Source of the DNA: Candidatus Fervidifonticultor quintus
GTDB taxonomy: Bacteria > Sysuimicrobiota > Sysuimicrobiia > Sysuimicrobiales > Humicultoraceae
Direction of reading: 5' to 3'
Length of the DNA: 22,066 nt
Assembly (NCBI GenBank): GCA_031459535.1
Contig: JAVKIJ010000053.1
Coordinates: 1 to 22,066, forward strand
Shown: positions 7,784 to 16,300 of the stretch, one piece after another
How positions within the stretch are numbered: position 1 is the first letter of the stretch
How the letters are laid out: every line of letters starts with the position of its first letter
Made by a program: the position numbers and the translations under genes
Notes under the pieces: generated by a model
What the model was told of the DNA's origin: nothing
What the model saw: the letters and a program-made list of their open reading frames with translations, nothing else
The model's database searches: none

Positions 7784-8980
7784 GTGATCGAACATCTGTT
7801 CGCGGAGGTCGACCGGAAGGGCGCTGATCTGGTTAGTCTCCGGCGCGATCTGCACCGCTATCCCGAGCTGGCGTTCGGCGAGACGCGAACCGCCGGAGTC
7901 GTCGCGGGGCGTCTGGCAGCCGCAGGACTGGAGGTCAGGACCGGCGTCGCCCGCACAGGGGTCGTGGGGGTGTTGCAGGGGGGCCGGCCGGGGAGGACGG
8001 TGCTGGTCCGGGCCGACATGGACGCCCTGCCCATTGCCGAAGTGAACGAGGTGCCATACCGGAGCCAGGCGCCAGGGGTGATGCACGCGTGTGGGCACGA
8101 CGGACACACTGCCATCGCAGTGGTCCTGGCGGAACTGCTGGCCCAGATGCGATCCGACCTGCCCGGGAACGTAGTCTTCGCCTTTCAGCCCGCCGAGGAG
8201 ATCGCCGCGGGCGCCAAGCCGATGATCGAACAGGGGGTGTTGAACGATCCCCGGGTGGACGCGGTGCTCGGCCTGCACCTGTGGAACGACCTGCCGGTCG
8301 GCACTGTGGCTGCGCGCGCAGGCCCGGCGTTTGCCTCCATGGACGAGGTGCTCCTCGTGGTGGAGGGCACAGGCGGGCATGGCGCGATCCCGCACCAGGC
8401 CGCCGATCCCATCGTCAGCGCCGCCCACGTGATCACCGCGCTGCAGACCGTGGTGAGCCGTGAGGTGGCGCCACTGGACTCGGCGGTGGTGACGATCGGT
8501 ACCATACAGGCCGGCACCGCGTTCAACGTCATTCCCGATCGGGTCGAGATGCGCGGAACGGTCCGCGCGTTCACGGCCGCGGTCCGCCAGCGGGCGCTGC
8601 GCCGGATCGAGGAGATCGCCAGCGGAACCGCGGGGGCGCTGCGCACGCGGGCCACCATGACCGTCCGCTTCGGCTGCCCGCCGGTCACAAACGACGCCGC
8701 GGTGACCGATGTGGTCCGCCGGGTGGCGGCCGGGGTGGTGGGTGCCGACCGGGTGGGCGAGATGGCGCCCACGACCGGAAGCGACGATATGGCCTATTTC
8801 CTGGAGCGCGCCCCTGGATGCTACTTCGTCGTGGGCTCGAGCAACCGCGCCCGGGGGCTCGACGGCCCGCATCACAGTGGGCGGTTCGACTTCGACGAGG
8901 AGGCGCTGCTGATTGCGGCCAAGATTCTGGGCGGTGCCACGCTCAGGTTGCTGCAGGGGACCGGAGAGATCGGCAGGTAA
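7784..8980 (+). CDS. M20D amidohydrolase (aminoacylase/hippuricase-like)
   Basis: RRDLHRYPELAFGE, RADMDALPI, MHACGHDGH, FQPAEE, GGHGA and HHS motifs. Confidence 0.93.
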   Translation: MIEHLFAEVDRKGADLVSLRRDLHRYPELAFGETRTAGVVAGRLAAAGLEVRTGVARTGVVGVLQGGRPGRTVLVRADMDALPIAEVNEVPYRSQAPGVMHACGHDGHTAIAVVLAELLAQMRSDLPGNVVFAFQPAEEIAAGAKPMIEQGVLNDPRVDAVLGLHLWNDLPVGTVAARAGPAFASMDEVLLVVEGTGGHGAIPHQAADPIVSAAHVITALQTVVSREVAPLDSAVVTIGTIQAGTAFNVIPDRVEMRGTVRAFTAAVRQRALRRIEEIASGTAGALRTRATMTVRFGCPPVTNDAAVTDVVRRVAAGVVGADRVGEMAPTTGSDDMAYFLERAPGCYFVVGSSNRARGLDGPHHSGRFDFDEEALLIAAKILGGATLRLLQGTGEIGR

Positions 8981-9019
8981 TCCGGCACGCCGTGCCGTCA
9001 TCCGGGCAGAGCTGATCGC

Positions 9020-9940
9020 TCAGGCGGGCTCTGGGCCGGGCAGCACAGCGTCCACGAAGGCGGCCAGGGCCCGTGGGGCCGGCCACCCGGCCGCAAGAAA
9101 TGCTGACCAGGTGGCGCGGATCGCGCCGATGGCAGCCGCATCCGGCCCGACCGTCACCGGCGGCTCCGTCCACGGCAGGGCATCGACCTTCAGGGCGGCT
9201 TCGTCACAGTAGTCCATCACCGCGCCCAGATACTCCGCCAGACCCCGGCCGTCGAGCTCCTCCACCGAGGGTGGGTCCCCCCAGCGGTCGGCGTAGACTG
9301 CCCCAAGCAGCGCCGCCAGGCCGCCGAGCGCGCCCAGCGCGCGCGCACGCTCCCACCTCGCCTGGATGTCCACGGCGGCCGCGCCCGCAACCGCCGCGCT
9401 CAGCGCCGAGGCCTCGCGCGCTGCGGCCGCCACGAGCCGGCCGATCACCGCCCGCAGCACGACCTGGGGCGCCGGCCGGGCGTTGGCCCGGGTGATGATG
9501 GCAATGGCGGCCTCAATGGCCGATCGGCGATGTTGCGGTTTGCAAATGCGGGGCAGCGCCGCCTGCACTGCCAGGGCGCGGACGATCACGGGCAGGGCGG
9601 CGGCCCGGTCGTAACGGGCCGGGTCGGCGACGATGCGTGCGGCGACGGCGCGCTGGGTCCCCGCGGCCAGGGTCTGGGAGGCTTCGAGAACGATCCGAAG
9701 CGGCAGGAACACCAGGGCGACCCACACGAGCAACACGAATACCCAGCGGTCCAAGCCGTAGCCCAGGCCCGCCAACGCCACCAGCGACGCCAGAAAACCG
9801 AGCGCGCACAGGCCGAGGAGCCAGCGCGATGCGCTGCGTCGAGCGCTGGCCTCTGCCAGGGCGCTGAAGGCGACGCGCAGATCGATCGTTCGAACCCTCC
9901 CGGGCGCCGGATGAGAACATGCCCACCACTCCGGCTCCAT
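9020..9940 (-). CDS. Hypothetical membrane protein (start uncertain)
   Basis: Long Ala/Leu-rich ORF filling the gap between convergent/divergent genes, with two N-terminal hydrophobic segments (WLLGLCALGFLASLVALAGLG; WVFVLLVWVALVFLPL). No family recognised. Confidence 0.65.
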   Translation of the reverse strand: MEPEWWACSHPAPGRVRTIDLRVAFSALAEASARRSASRWLLGLCALGFLASLVALAGLGYGLDRWVFVLLVWVALVFLPLRIVLEASQTLAAGTQRAVAARIVADPARYDRAAALPVIVRALAVQAALPRICKPQHRRSAIEAAIAIITRANARPAPQVVLRAVIGRLVAAAAREASALSAAVAGAAAVDIQARWERARALGALGGLAALLGAVYADRWGDPPSVEELDGRGLAEYLGAVMDYCDEAALKVDALPWTEPPVTVGPDAAAIGAIRATWSAFLAAGWPAPRALAAFVDAVLPGPEPA

Positions 9941-10015
9941 GGTACGTGTCCGGCGACGTGGGAAGAGTTCCACCTTCAGCCGGCGTTTCCCCCGGAGCCC
10001 CAGACCCCCCGCTGC

Positions 10016-10041
10016 GGAACAATCGCATGCGGATTCCCGTT
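10016..10041 (+). promoter_or_regulatory. Putative ECF sigma promoter GGAAC-N17-CGTT upstream of yceI
   Basis: GGAAC 10016-10020, 17-nt spacer, CGTT 10038-10041, then SD AGGAGG and ATG 10074. Confidence 0.55.
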
Positions 10042-10073
10042 ACCCGGGCAGATCTCCCCAGGAGGAATGGCGC

Positions 10074-10646
10074 ATGCGCGCGGCCAGCCTGGCGTGCACG
10101 CTGATCATGGTCCAGGTCTCGACGCTGCTTCCGGTGGGAACCTTCCGCGCGGGCCCCGGCGACAGCCGAGTGGAGTTTGTCATGCGCGATAACCGCGGGG
10201 GGTTTGTGGGCTGGACGGAGGACGTGGCCGTGGCTGTGACGGTCTGGCAGGCGGACGCTGAGACCGGCTCCGCCGCTGTCGAGGCCTGGGTGGACGCCCG
10301 CACGCTGGAAACCGGGAGCAGCCTCCGCAACGCGCAGATGCGGCGCGATTTCCTCCAGACCGATCGGTATCCCTTTGTGTCCTTCAAGGGCGTGGCGATC
10401 AGCCGCGATCGGCTCACCGGTATTACCTTCCGGGCCGTCCTGCGCGGATCGCTCACCATACGCGCCATCACCCGTGATCTGGAGATGCCGCTGGTGATCA
10501 CCGCGCTGGCCGACGAGTACCGGGCCACGGGAGAGGTGACGATCCGCCTGGCCGACTACGGCATGCGCATCCCGCGGTTTCTCTTCTTCGTCGCCGAGGA
10601 CGTGGTGGTGGTGCGGGTGCGAATACGGCTCGTGCGCTCTTCGTAG
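10074..10646 (+). CDS. YceI family (polyisoprenoid-binding) protein
   Basis: SRVEF, LETGSSLRNAQMRRDFLQTDRYP, GSLTIRAITR and IRLADYGM motifs are typical of YceI. AGGAGG SD and a hydrophobic N-terminus. Confidence 0.85.
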   Translation: MRAASLACTLIMVQVSTLLPVGTFRAGPGDSRVEFVMRDNRGGFVGWTEDVAVAVTVWQADAETGSAAVEAWVDARTLETGSSLRNAQMRRDFLQTDRYPFVSFKGVAISRDRLTGITFRAVLRGSLTIRAITRDLEMPLVITALADEYRATGEVTIRLADYGMRIPRFLFFVAEDVVVVRVRIRLVRSS

Positions 10647-10667
10647 AGCGATCCGCATCGAGGCACC

Positions 10668-10692
10668 AGGACGGCGCGCAGGCCCGTCGAAT
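10668..10692 (+). promoter_or_regulatory. Putative SigH(Spo0H)-like promoter AGGA-N17-GAAT
   Basis: AGGA 10668-10671, 17-nt spacer, GAAT 10689-10692, 12 nt before ATG 10705. Confidence 0.4.
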
Positions 10693-10704
10693 ATTGCGCA
10701 CGTT

Positions 10705-12066
10705 ATGGACCGTGCCCTGGCGTATGCGCGCGAGCATCGCGCGCGCTTTGTCTCTGAGTTGCTCGACCTCCTGCGCATTCCCAGCGTGAGCACCGCGCCA
10801 GACCGGGCGCCGGACGTGGCGCGCGCGGCGCGGTGGCTCGCCGCGCACCTGGAGGCGCTGGGTCTGCAGGCCCACGTGGAAGCCACCGACCGCCACCCGG
10901 TCGTGCGCGCCCAGTGGCTGGGAGCGCCGGGTCGTCCCACCATTCTGTGCTACGGCCATTTCGACGTGCAGCCGCCCGACCCCCAAGACCAGTGGATGTA
11001 TCCGCCGTTCGAGCCCACCATCGTTGACGAGACCCTCTACGCGCGCGGTGCCTCGGACGACAAGGGGCAGTTGTTCATACACGTCAAGGCCGTGGAGGCG
11101 ATCCTGCGCACCGCAGGCGCGTTGCCGGTCAACGTGAAGTTCCTGCTCGAGGGTGAGGAGGAGATCGGCAGCCCGTCCATGGCCACGTATGTGCCCCGCC
11201 ATCGGCGCCAGCTCGCGGCCGATGCGGCGCTGATCTCCGATGGCGCCCTCTTCGCCGCAGACCTGCCCACCATTGTGACGGGGCTGCGCGGCCTGCTCTA
11301 TGCGGAGATCGAGGTCGTCGGCGCGCGCCGCGACCTGCATTCGGGCCAGTACGGCGGTGCGGCGCCCAACGCGCTTGGGGCGTTGGCGCAGATCCTCGCC
11401 GCTCTGAAGGACAGGAAGGGGCGGGTTCGCATCCCTGGCTTCTACACGCGCGTTCGGCCTCCCGATCCTGCGGAGCAAGACGCGTGGGCGCGGCTCCCGT
11501 TCGACGAGGCAGGGTTTCTCCGAGAGATCGGGACGCCGGTGGCGCCGGGGGAGGACGGGTACCCGATCCTGCACCGCCTCTGGGCGCGGCCCACCCTCGA
11601 CGTCCACGGCGTTGCCGGCGGCTTCGTGGGCGAGGGGCTCAAGACCGTGATCCCATCCCGTGCGGCTGCCAAGGTAAGCATGCGGTTGGTCCCCGACCAA
11701 CGGCCCGAACGGATCTTCAGGCAGCTCGTGCGGTTCGTCGGCAGGGTGACGCCCCCGGGGGTTGCGGTGGAGGTGCGGTACGTGGCCTCCACGCCGCCGG
11801 TCCTGACACCCACAGAGGCGCCTGCGGTTCGAGCCGCGGCGGCGGCGCTTGAGGCGACCTATGGCAGGCCGCCGGTGTTCACGCGGGCCGGCGGAAGCGT
11901 ACCCGTCGTGTCCCAGTTCTCCGACGTGCTGCGCATCCCCACGGTCCTCGCGGGGTTCGGCCTGCCAGACGACAACCTGCACGCGCCTAATGAGAAGTTC
12001 GCCCTCGCCAACTTCCATCGGGGCATCGAGGCCACCATTCGCTTCTTTCACCTGGTGGGAGGTTAG
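10705..12066 (+). CDS. M20 dipeptidase (CNDP2/Dug1-like)
   Basis: LRIPSVS, YGHFDVQP, ARGASDDKG, EGEEEIGS, DLHSGQYGG, GGSVP and HAPNEKF motifs. Confidence 0.93.
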   Translation: MDRALAYAREHRARFVSELLDLLRIPSVSTAPDRAPDVARAARWLAAHLEALGLQAHVEATDRHPVVRAQWLGAPGRPTILCYGHFDVQPPDPQDQWMYPPFEPTIVDETLYARGASDDKGQLFIHVKAVEAILRTAGALPVNVKFLLEGEEEIGSPSMATYVPRHRRQLAADAALISDGALFAADLPTIVTGLRGLLYAEIEVVGARRDLHSGQYGGAAPNALGALAQILAALKDRKGRVRIPGFYTRVRPPDPAEQDAWARLPFDEAGFLREIGTPVAPGEDGYPILHRLWARPTLDVHGVAGGFVGEGLKTVIPSRAAAKVSMRLVPDQRPERIFRQLVRFVGRVTPPGVAVEVRYVASTPPVLTPTEAPAVRAAAAALEATYGRPPVFTRAGGSVPVVSQFSDVLRIPTVLAGFGLPDDNLHAPNEKFALANFHRGIEATIRFFHLVGG

Positions 12067-12077
12067 AGGGCGCCGGC

Positions 12078-12575
12078 GTGCTGGACGCGGCACGGCACTG
12101 GCTCCTCGAGTTGTCCCCCTTTCAGCAGGCTGCGGGTCTCACCGTGCTGACCGCCATCCCCTGGATCGAACTGCGTGGCTCCATCCCGCTGGCGATTGCC
12201 CTGGGGTGGCACCCTCTCGCCGCCAGCGGCGTGTGCGTGCTCGCCAACTGCCTGATCATCGCCCCGTCGTACGTCTTCCTCGAAGTGTTCTATCGCCGGT
12301 GGTTGTCTCGGTATCCGCTCTTCCGGAGGATGGTGGGGGCCGTCCGGGATCGGGGCGCGGCCATCGTCGAGCGCTACCAGCTCCTGGGGTTGGCGCTGTT
12401 CGTCGCGATTCCCCTCCCCGGCACCGGCGCGTACTCCGGCATCACGCTGGCCTGGCTGCTTGGCCTGCGGCGGTGGCCCGCAATGGGCGCCGTGGCGCTG
12501 GGCGTGCTCGGAGCCGGCGCAGTGGTGACGCTGGTGGCGTCTGGGGCTGCGGCCGCGCTGCGTCGGTGGATCTGA
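12078..12575 (+). CDS. COG2426 putative small multidrug export family membrane protein
   Basis: PWIELRGSIPLA and LFVAIPLPGTGAYSG signature motifs, with several hydrophobic segments. Confidence 0.85.
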   Translation: MLDAARHWLLELSPFQQAAGLTVLTAIPWIELRGSIPLAIALGWHPLAASGVCVLANCLIIAPSYVFLEVFYRRWLSRYPLFRRMVGAVRDRGAAIVERYQLLGLALFVAIPLPGTGAYSGITLAWLLGLRRWPAMGAVALGVLGAGAVVTLVASGAAAALRRWI

Positions 12576-12595
12576 ACTATCCGGGCCAGGATGCA

Positions 12596-12624
12596 TTGAC
12601 ACCCGCGGTGTCGAATTCTAGTAT
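12596..12624 (+). promoter_or_regulatory. Sigma70-type promoter of speD with an overlapping palindrome
   Basis: TTGACA 12596-12601, 17 nt, TAGTAT 12619-12624. Perfect inverted repeat GACACC-cgc-GGTGTC at 12598-12612. Confidence 0.75.
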
Positions 12625-12672
12625 CTGAACTCGTGCGGGCGCCGCACCATACGGTGTCGGGGGAGGTGGGAG

Positions 12673-13149
12673 ATGGAGCCGGTTGGGCATCACTACATTG
12701 CCGAAGGATCGGGGTGCAACCCCGAGACCATCGGCAAGGTGGAGACCGTCGAGCAGATTCTGGTTCGCGCCGCCGAGGTCGCGGGCGTCACGGTCTGGTC
12801 AATCTCCTTCCACCGCTTTTCTCCCAACGGCGTGTCCGGGGTGGTGGTGATCTCCGAGTCCCATCTGTCAGTCCACACCTGGCCTGAGTACGGCTACGTG
12901 GCCCTGGACATCTTCACGTGCGGGAACACCGCGAAGCCCGAGGCCGCGGTGGAGTATGCGTTGAAGGAGTTCGGGGCCTCATCGATGCACATCACAGAGA
13001 TCACGCGCGGCCTTGAAGAGGGCGACCGGCAGTTCTTTCATAGCATCGTGACATGGGAGGAGTCGTTGCCTGCCAGAGACGGACAGCGGCGCCTCAAACC
13101 CCTGAAACGGCCGCGGGCCGTCGCCCGGCGGCCGGCCCGCGCGCGCTGA
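12673..13149 (+). CDS. speD: S-adenosylmethionine decarboxylase proenzyme family (SpeD/SpeH class 1B, pyruvoyl-dependent)
   Basis: GVSGVVVISESHLSVHTWPEYGYVALDIFTCG contains the E-S autocleavage site and the conserved Cys. SD GGAGGTG. Confidence 0.88.
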   Translation: MEPVGHHYIAEGSGCNPETIGKVETVEQILVRAAEVAGVTVWSISFHRFSPNGVSGVVVISESHLSVHTWPEYGYVALDIFTCGNTAKPEAAVEYALKEFGASSMHITEITRGLEEGDRQFFHSIVTWEESLPARDGQRRLKPLKRPRAVARRPARAR

Positions 13150-13243
13150 CCTTGCTGGCGGTGGGAGCGTAGGTCTGAGCCCCCGCCGCCCGTTCTTGCG
13201 CCGCGCGAGGTGTTCATCCTGAGCGAAGGGCGGTAGCTGCGGC

Positions 13244-14137
13244 GTGTCCCTGATCGCCGTTATTGTCCCCATCATGATCATGATGGGCGCCGGCTACCTG
13301 CTGGCTCGCTACACCAGCGTGGAGACATCTTCACTGTCCCGGGTGACCATCTACCTCCTGTCGCCGAGCCTGGTGTTCACCGCCATGGTCAAGACCGACC
13401 TGGCGGCGACCGGCGGGTATCGCCTGGTGGCGCTGCTGGTGACCCATTACGTCTTGCTGCTGACCCTCGCCTACGCCACCGGCCGTCTGTTGCGGTTGCC
13501 GGCGATCGAGCGGAACGGGTTCACACTGGCTGGTGTGCTCTACAACGCGGGCAACTACGGCCTGCCGGTGGCGCTGTTCGCCTTCGGCCAGGAGGGCTTC
13601 AGGCTGGCGGCCGTCATCTACGTGCTCGGAGCCGTCGTCACCAATTCGGTGGGCGTCTACGTGGCCTCGGCAGGGCGCAACCCGGTCCGTCAGGCGGTGG
13701 GCGATGTGTTCCGGCTTCCGCTCATCTACGCCGCGGCCCTGGGGCTGGCCGTCGAGTGGAGCGGCTGGACCGTCCCCCAGGCCATCTGGCGGCCGTTGGA
13801 CCTCATGGGGCAAGGGGCGGTCCCCATGCTGTTGATCGCGCTCGGGGTACAGCTGGGCCAGACGCGGCCTCAGGTGATGAACCGAGCCCTGGGTGCGCTG
13901 GCGCTGGTCCGACTGGTCGCCTCGCCGCTCTTGGTGGCGGTGCTGGTGCCCTGGTTCGGCGTGACCGGGACGGCCGCGCGCGTGGCCGTGGTGTCCACCG
14001 CGATGCCGACGGCGATCAACGCTTTCCTGCTGGCCGCCCAGTTCGAGACAGCGCCGGCGCTCGTCGCCAGCGCCGTCTTCACCACCACCGTGGCCAGTTT
14101 CGCCACGGTCTCCGCGGTCCTGGCGCTGGTGCGATGA
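13244..14137 (+). CDS. AEC (auxin efflux carrier) family transporter
   Basis: PSLVF, NAGNYGLP, PLIYA, VPMLLIALG, RLVASP and AMPTA motifs in a highly hydrophobic protein. Confidence 0.9.
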   Translation: MSLIAVIVPIMIMMGAGYLLARYTSVETSSLSRVTIYLLSPSLVFTAMVKTDLAATGGYRLVALLVTHYVLLLTLAYATGRLLRLPAIERNGFTLAGVLYNAGNYGLPVALFAFGQEGFRLAAVIYVLGAVVTNSVGVYVASAGRNPVRQAVGDVFRLPLIYAAALGLAVEWSGWTVPQAIWRPLDLMGQGAVPMLLIALGVQLGQTRPQVMNRALGALALVRLVASPLLVAVLVPWFGVTGTAARVAVVSTAMPTAINAFLLAAQFETAPALVASAVFTTTVASFATVSAVLALVR

Positions 14138-15348
14138 GCGGCGCTCCGCGGACGCACGGCGCGGCGGCCTCACGGGCCGCTTCCGGCGACGTCGTGGTAC
14201 GCGCACACACGCCGGTCTGGCTGCGCATGACGATCATGTCCCTGTCGCACTTCACCAACGACCTCTACGCCGCGTTCCTGGCGCCGCTGTTGCCGCTGGT
14301 CGTGGCCAAGTTCAACCTCTCGCTGGCGCTCGCCGGGCTGCTCGGCACCATGTTCAACATGTCGGCCGCGTTCGCCCAGCCGGTCTTCGGCGTCGTTGCA
14401 GACCGGATGTCCCGGCCCATCTTCACCGTGGTCGGCCCGTTGCTGACGGCAGCGACCATGGGCCTGTTGGGCGTTGTGCCCTCCTACGGGATGATGCTGG
14501 CGGCGCTGTTCGTGGCGGGTGTTGGCACCGCGTCGTTCCATCCTCAGTCGTTTGCGCTGGCCGGTACCGTCAGCGCCGAACAGCGGGGCACGGGGCTGTC
14601 GGTGTTCATCGCCGGGGGGGAACTGGGGTACGCGCTCGGGCCGCTCTTCGTGGCGGTGATCGTCACCGCCCTGGGCCTTGTGGGAACCTTGGTCGCCGTG
14701 GCTCCGGGGCTGGCCGCCTGCGCCGTGATCTGGTGGTATGTACGATCCTGGCGAGTCGTCCGGCGGCCGCCAGAGGAAGGCTGGCGCAGCGACGTGCGCC
14801 GGCACGGCCGGGCGTTCGTGCTCATCTGGTTCATCGTGGTGCTGCGCAGTATCATCGCCCTGGCGCACATCCTGTTCCTGCCGTTGCTCCTGCGCCAGCA
14901 GGGCCAGTCGCTCGTCCTGGGCGGTACCGCGGTCTTTCTCTTCGGCGGCATTGGCGCGCTGGGTGGCTTGGTGGGCGGGATGCTCTCCGACCGCATGGGC
15001 CGCCGCGCCATGATGGCACTCTCCCTGCTGGCATCGGCTCCGCTGCTGTTGCTCTTCGGACTGACACGGGGGCCCTGGGCGCTGGTTCCGCTGGCGCTGG
15101 GAGGGTTCGCGCTCTATCTGGGCGCGCCGGTGAACATCGTAATGGCGCAGGAAATGTTACCGCGCCGTGCGAGCCTGGCCAGCAGCCTCGTCACCGGCAT
15201 GGCCTGGGGCACCGCCGGACTGTCGCTCACACTCATCGGGGCCGTCGCCGACCGCGTCGGTCTTGCGGCCACGCTGATGGCGACCGTGGCCCTGGTGCTC
15301 CCTGCCCTGGTGGCCGTCTGGGTTCTGCCCGAGTATCCCGGCCGGTAG
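14134..15348 (+). CDS. MFS transporter (Fsr fosmidomycin-resistance-like)
   Basis: SHFTNDLY, QPVFGVVADR, ASFHP, GGELGYALGP and GMLSDRMGRR motifs. The ATGA overlap with the AEC stop defines the start. Confidence 0.9.
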   Translation: MSGAPRTHGAAASRAASGDVVVRAHTPVWLRMTIMSLSHFTNDLYAAFLAPLLPLVVAKFNLSLALAGLLGTMFNMSAAFAQPVFGVVADRMSRPIFTVVGPLLTAATMGLLGVVPSYGMMLAALFVAGVGTASFHPQSFALAGTVSAEQRGTGLSVFIAGGELGYALGPLFVAVIVTALGLVGTLVAVAPGLAACAVIWWYVRSWRVVRRPPEEGWRSDVRRHGRAFVLIWFIVVLRSIIALAHILFLPLLLRQQGQSLVLGGTAVFLFGGIGALGGLVGGMLSDRMGRRAMMALSLLASAPLLLLFGLTRGPWALVPLALGGFALYLGAPVNIVMAQEMLPRRASLASSLVTGMAWGTAGLSLTLIGAVADRVGLAATLMATVALVLPALVAVWVLPEYPGR

Positions 15349-15357
15349 CGTGAGCCG

Positions 15358-15600
15358 CTAAGCGCCGCTCACCGGGGTCACCACGCACGTGGTGGTGCGG
15401 GTGACCCCCGGCGTCTCCTGGAAGCGGGAGACGATCAGGCGCCCCAGCGTGTCCATGCTCTCGGTCTCGACGTAGGCGATGATGTCGGTCGGCCCGGTGA
15501 CCGCGTGCGCCATCTTGACCCCCGGGGTTCGCTGGATCTGCGTCAGGGCCTCCGAGAGCTTGCCAGGGAGGATTCGGATCAGCACGTACGCCTGGACCAC
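15358..15600 (-). CDS. Stand-alone Lrp/AsnC ligand-binding domain protein
   Basis: 80 aa with AYVLI, HAVTGPTDIIA and PGVTRTTTC, and no HTH. SD GGAGG upstream. Confidence 0.88.
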   Translation of the reverse strand: MVQAYVLIRILPGKLSEALTQIQRTPGVKMAHAVTGPTDIIAYVETESMDTLGRLIVSRFQETPGVTRTTTCVVTPVSGA

Positions 15601-15627
15601 GTTGGCTCCCTCCGTCTCACGACCCGT

Positions 15628-15891
15628 CTACAGGGACCACAGGATGCTGACGAGCAGGTCGCGCACCAGGTACAGGAGCAGGATCGCGACCAGGGGCGAC
15701 AGGTCGAGCCCGCCGACGGGCGGCATCAGCCGGCGGATGGGCTCGAGGATCGGCGATGTGAGCTGGTGCACCACGCGCACGACCGGGTGATCGCCCGCCA
15801 GCCCGGGCACCCACGAGAGCACGATGCGGATCAGGATGAGGACGTTCAGCACCTGGTAGGCCAGGTTGACCAGCTGCACGGCGTCCGCCAT
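15628..15891 (-). CDS. yggT: YggT family membrane protein
   Basis: LIRIVLSWV, LTSPILEPIRRLMPPVGGLDLSP signature. Confidence 0.92.
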   Translation of the reverse strand: MADAVQLVNLAYQVLNVLILIRIVLSWVPGLAGDHPVVRVVHQLTSPILEPIRRLMPPVGGLDLSPLVAILLLYLVRDLLVSILWSL

Positions 15892-15990
15892 GTCGGGTCC
15901 CCGGACGATCCCGCGTCGTGTTGGAGCGTCCCCGCTCCAGGAGGGATTTCTGCAGGGAGAGCCCGGGGCCCTGTGTGCCAGGAAAGGCAC

Positions 15991-16018
15991 GCGGCCCCGG
16001 GATCCTTCCCGGGGCCGC
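15991..16018 (-). terminator. GC-rich hairpin downstream of the cold-shock gene (probable terminator or stabiliser)
   Basis: 12-bp perfect stem gcggccccggga/tcccggggccgc with a 4-nt loop, about 20 nt after the csp stop. Followed on the minus strand by only a weak U-tract (gtgcctttcc). Confidence 0.65.
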
Positions 16019-16036
16019 GCCTGCGAGCTGGGATCG

Positions 16037-16237
16037 CTAGACGGCCGTGACGTTGGCGGCCTGAGGTCCCTTGCGCCCCTCGACGATCTCGAACTGGACC
16101 TTCTGCCCTTCCTGCAGGCTCCGGAACCCGTCTCCCACGATGGCGGAGTAGTGCACGAAGACTTCCTTGCCGCCGTCCACGGAGATGAAGCCGTACCCCT
16201 TCTCCGCGCTGAACCACTTCACTGTGCCTGTCTGCAT
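16037..16237 (-). CDS. Cold-shock protein (CspA family), 66 aa
   Basis: [18 protein letters not shown]...VFVHYSAI...GPQAANV with RNP1/RNP2 motifs. ATG at 16237. Confidence 0.97.
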   Translation of the reverse strand: MQTGTVKWFSAEKGYGFISVDGGKEVFVHYSAIVGDGFRSLQEGQKVQFEIVEGRKGPQAANVTAV

Positions 16238-16300
16238 GACCTTGCACGTCCTTCCTGACTTGATGTACAGATCGCGCCGAAGCGTCTCACTGTCCGCCCG

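Noticed and set aside
13756..14133. 126-aa N-terminal extension of the MFS ORF, suggesting a fusion or long gene overlap
   Set aside because: It lies out of frame inside the AEC gene, and the ATGA coupling at 14134 gives a normal-length MFS protein.
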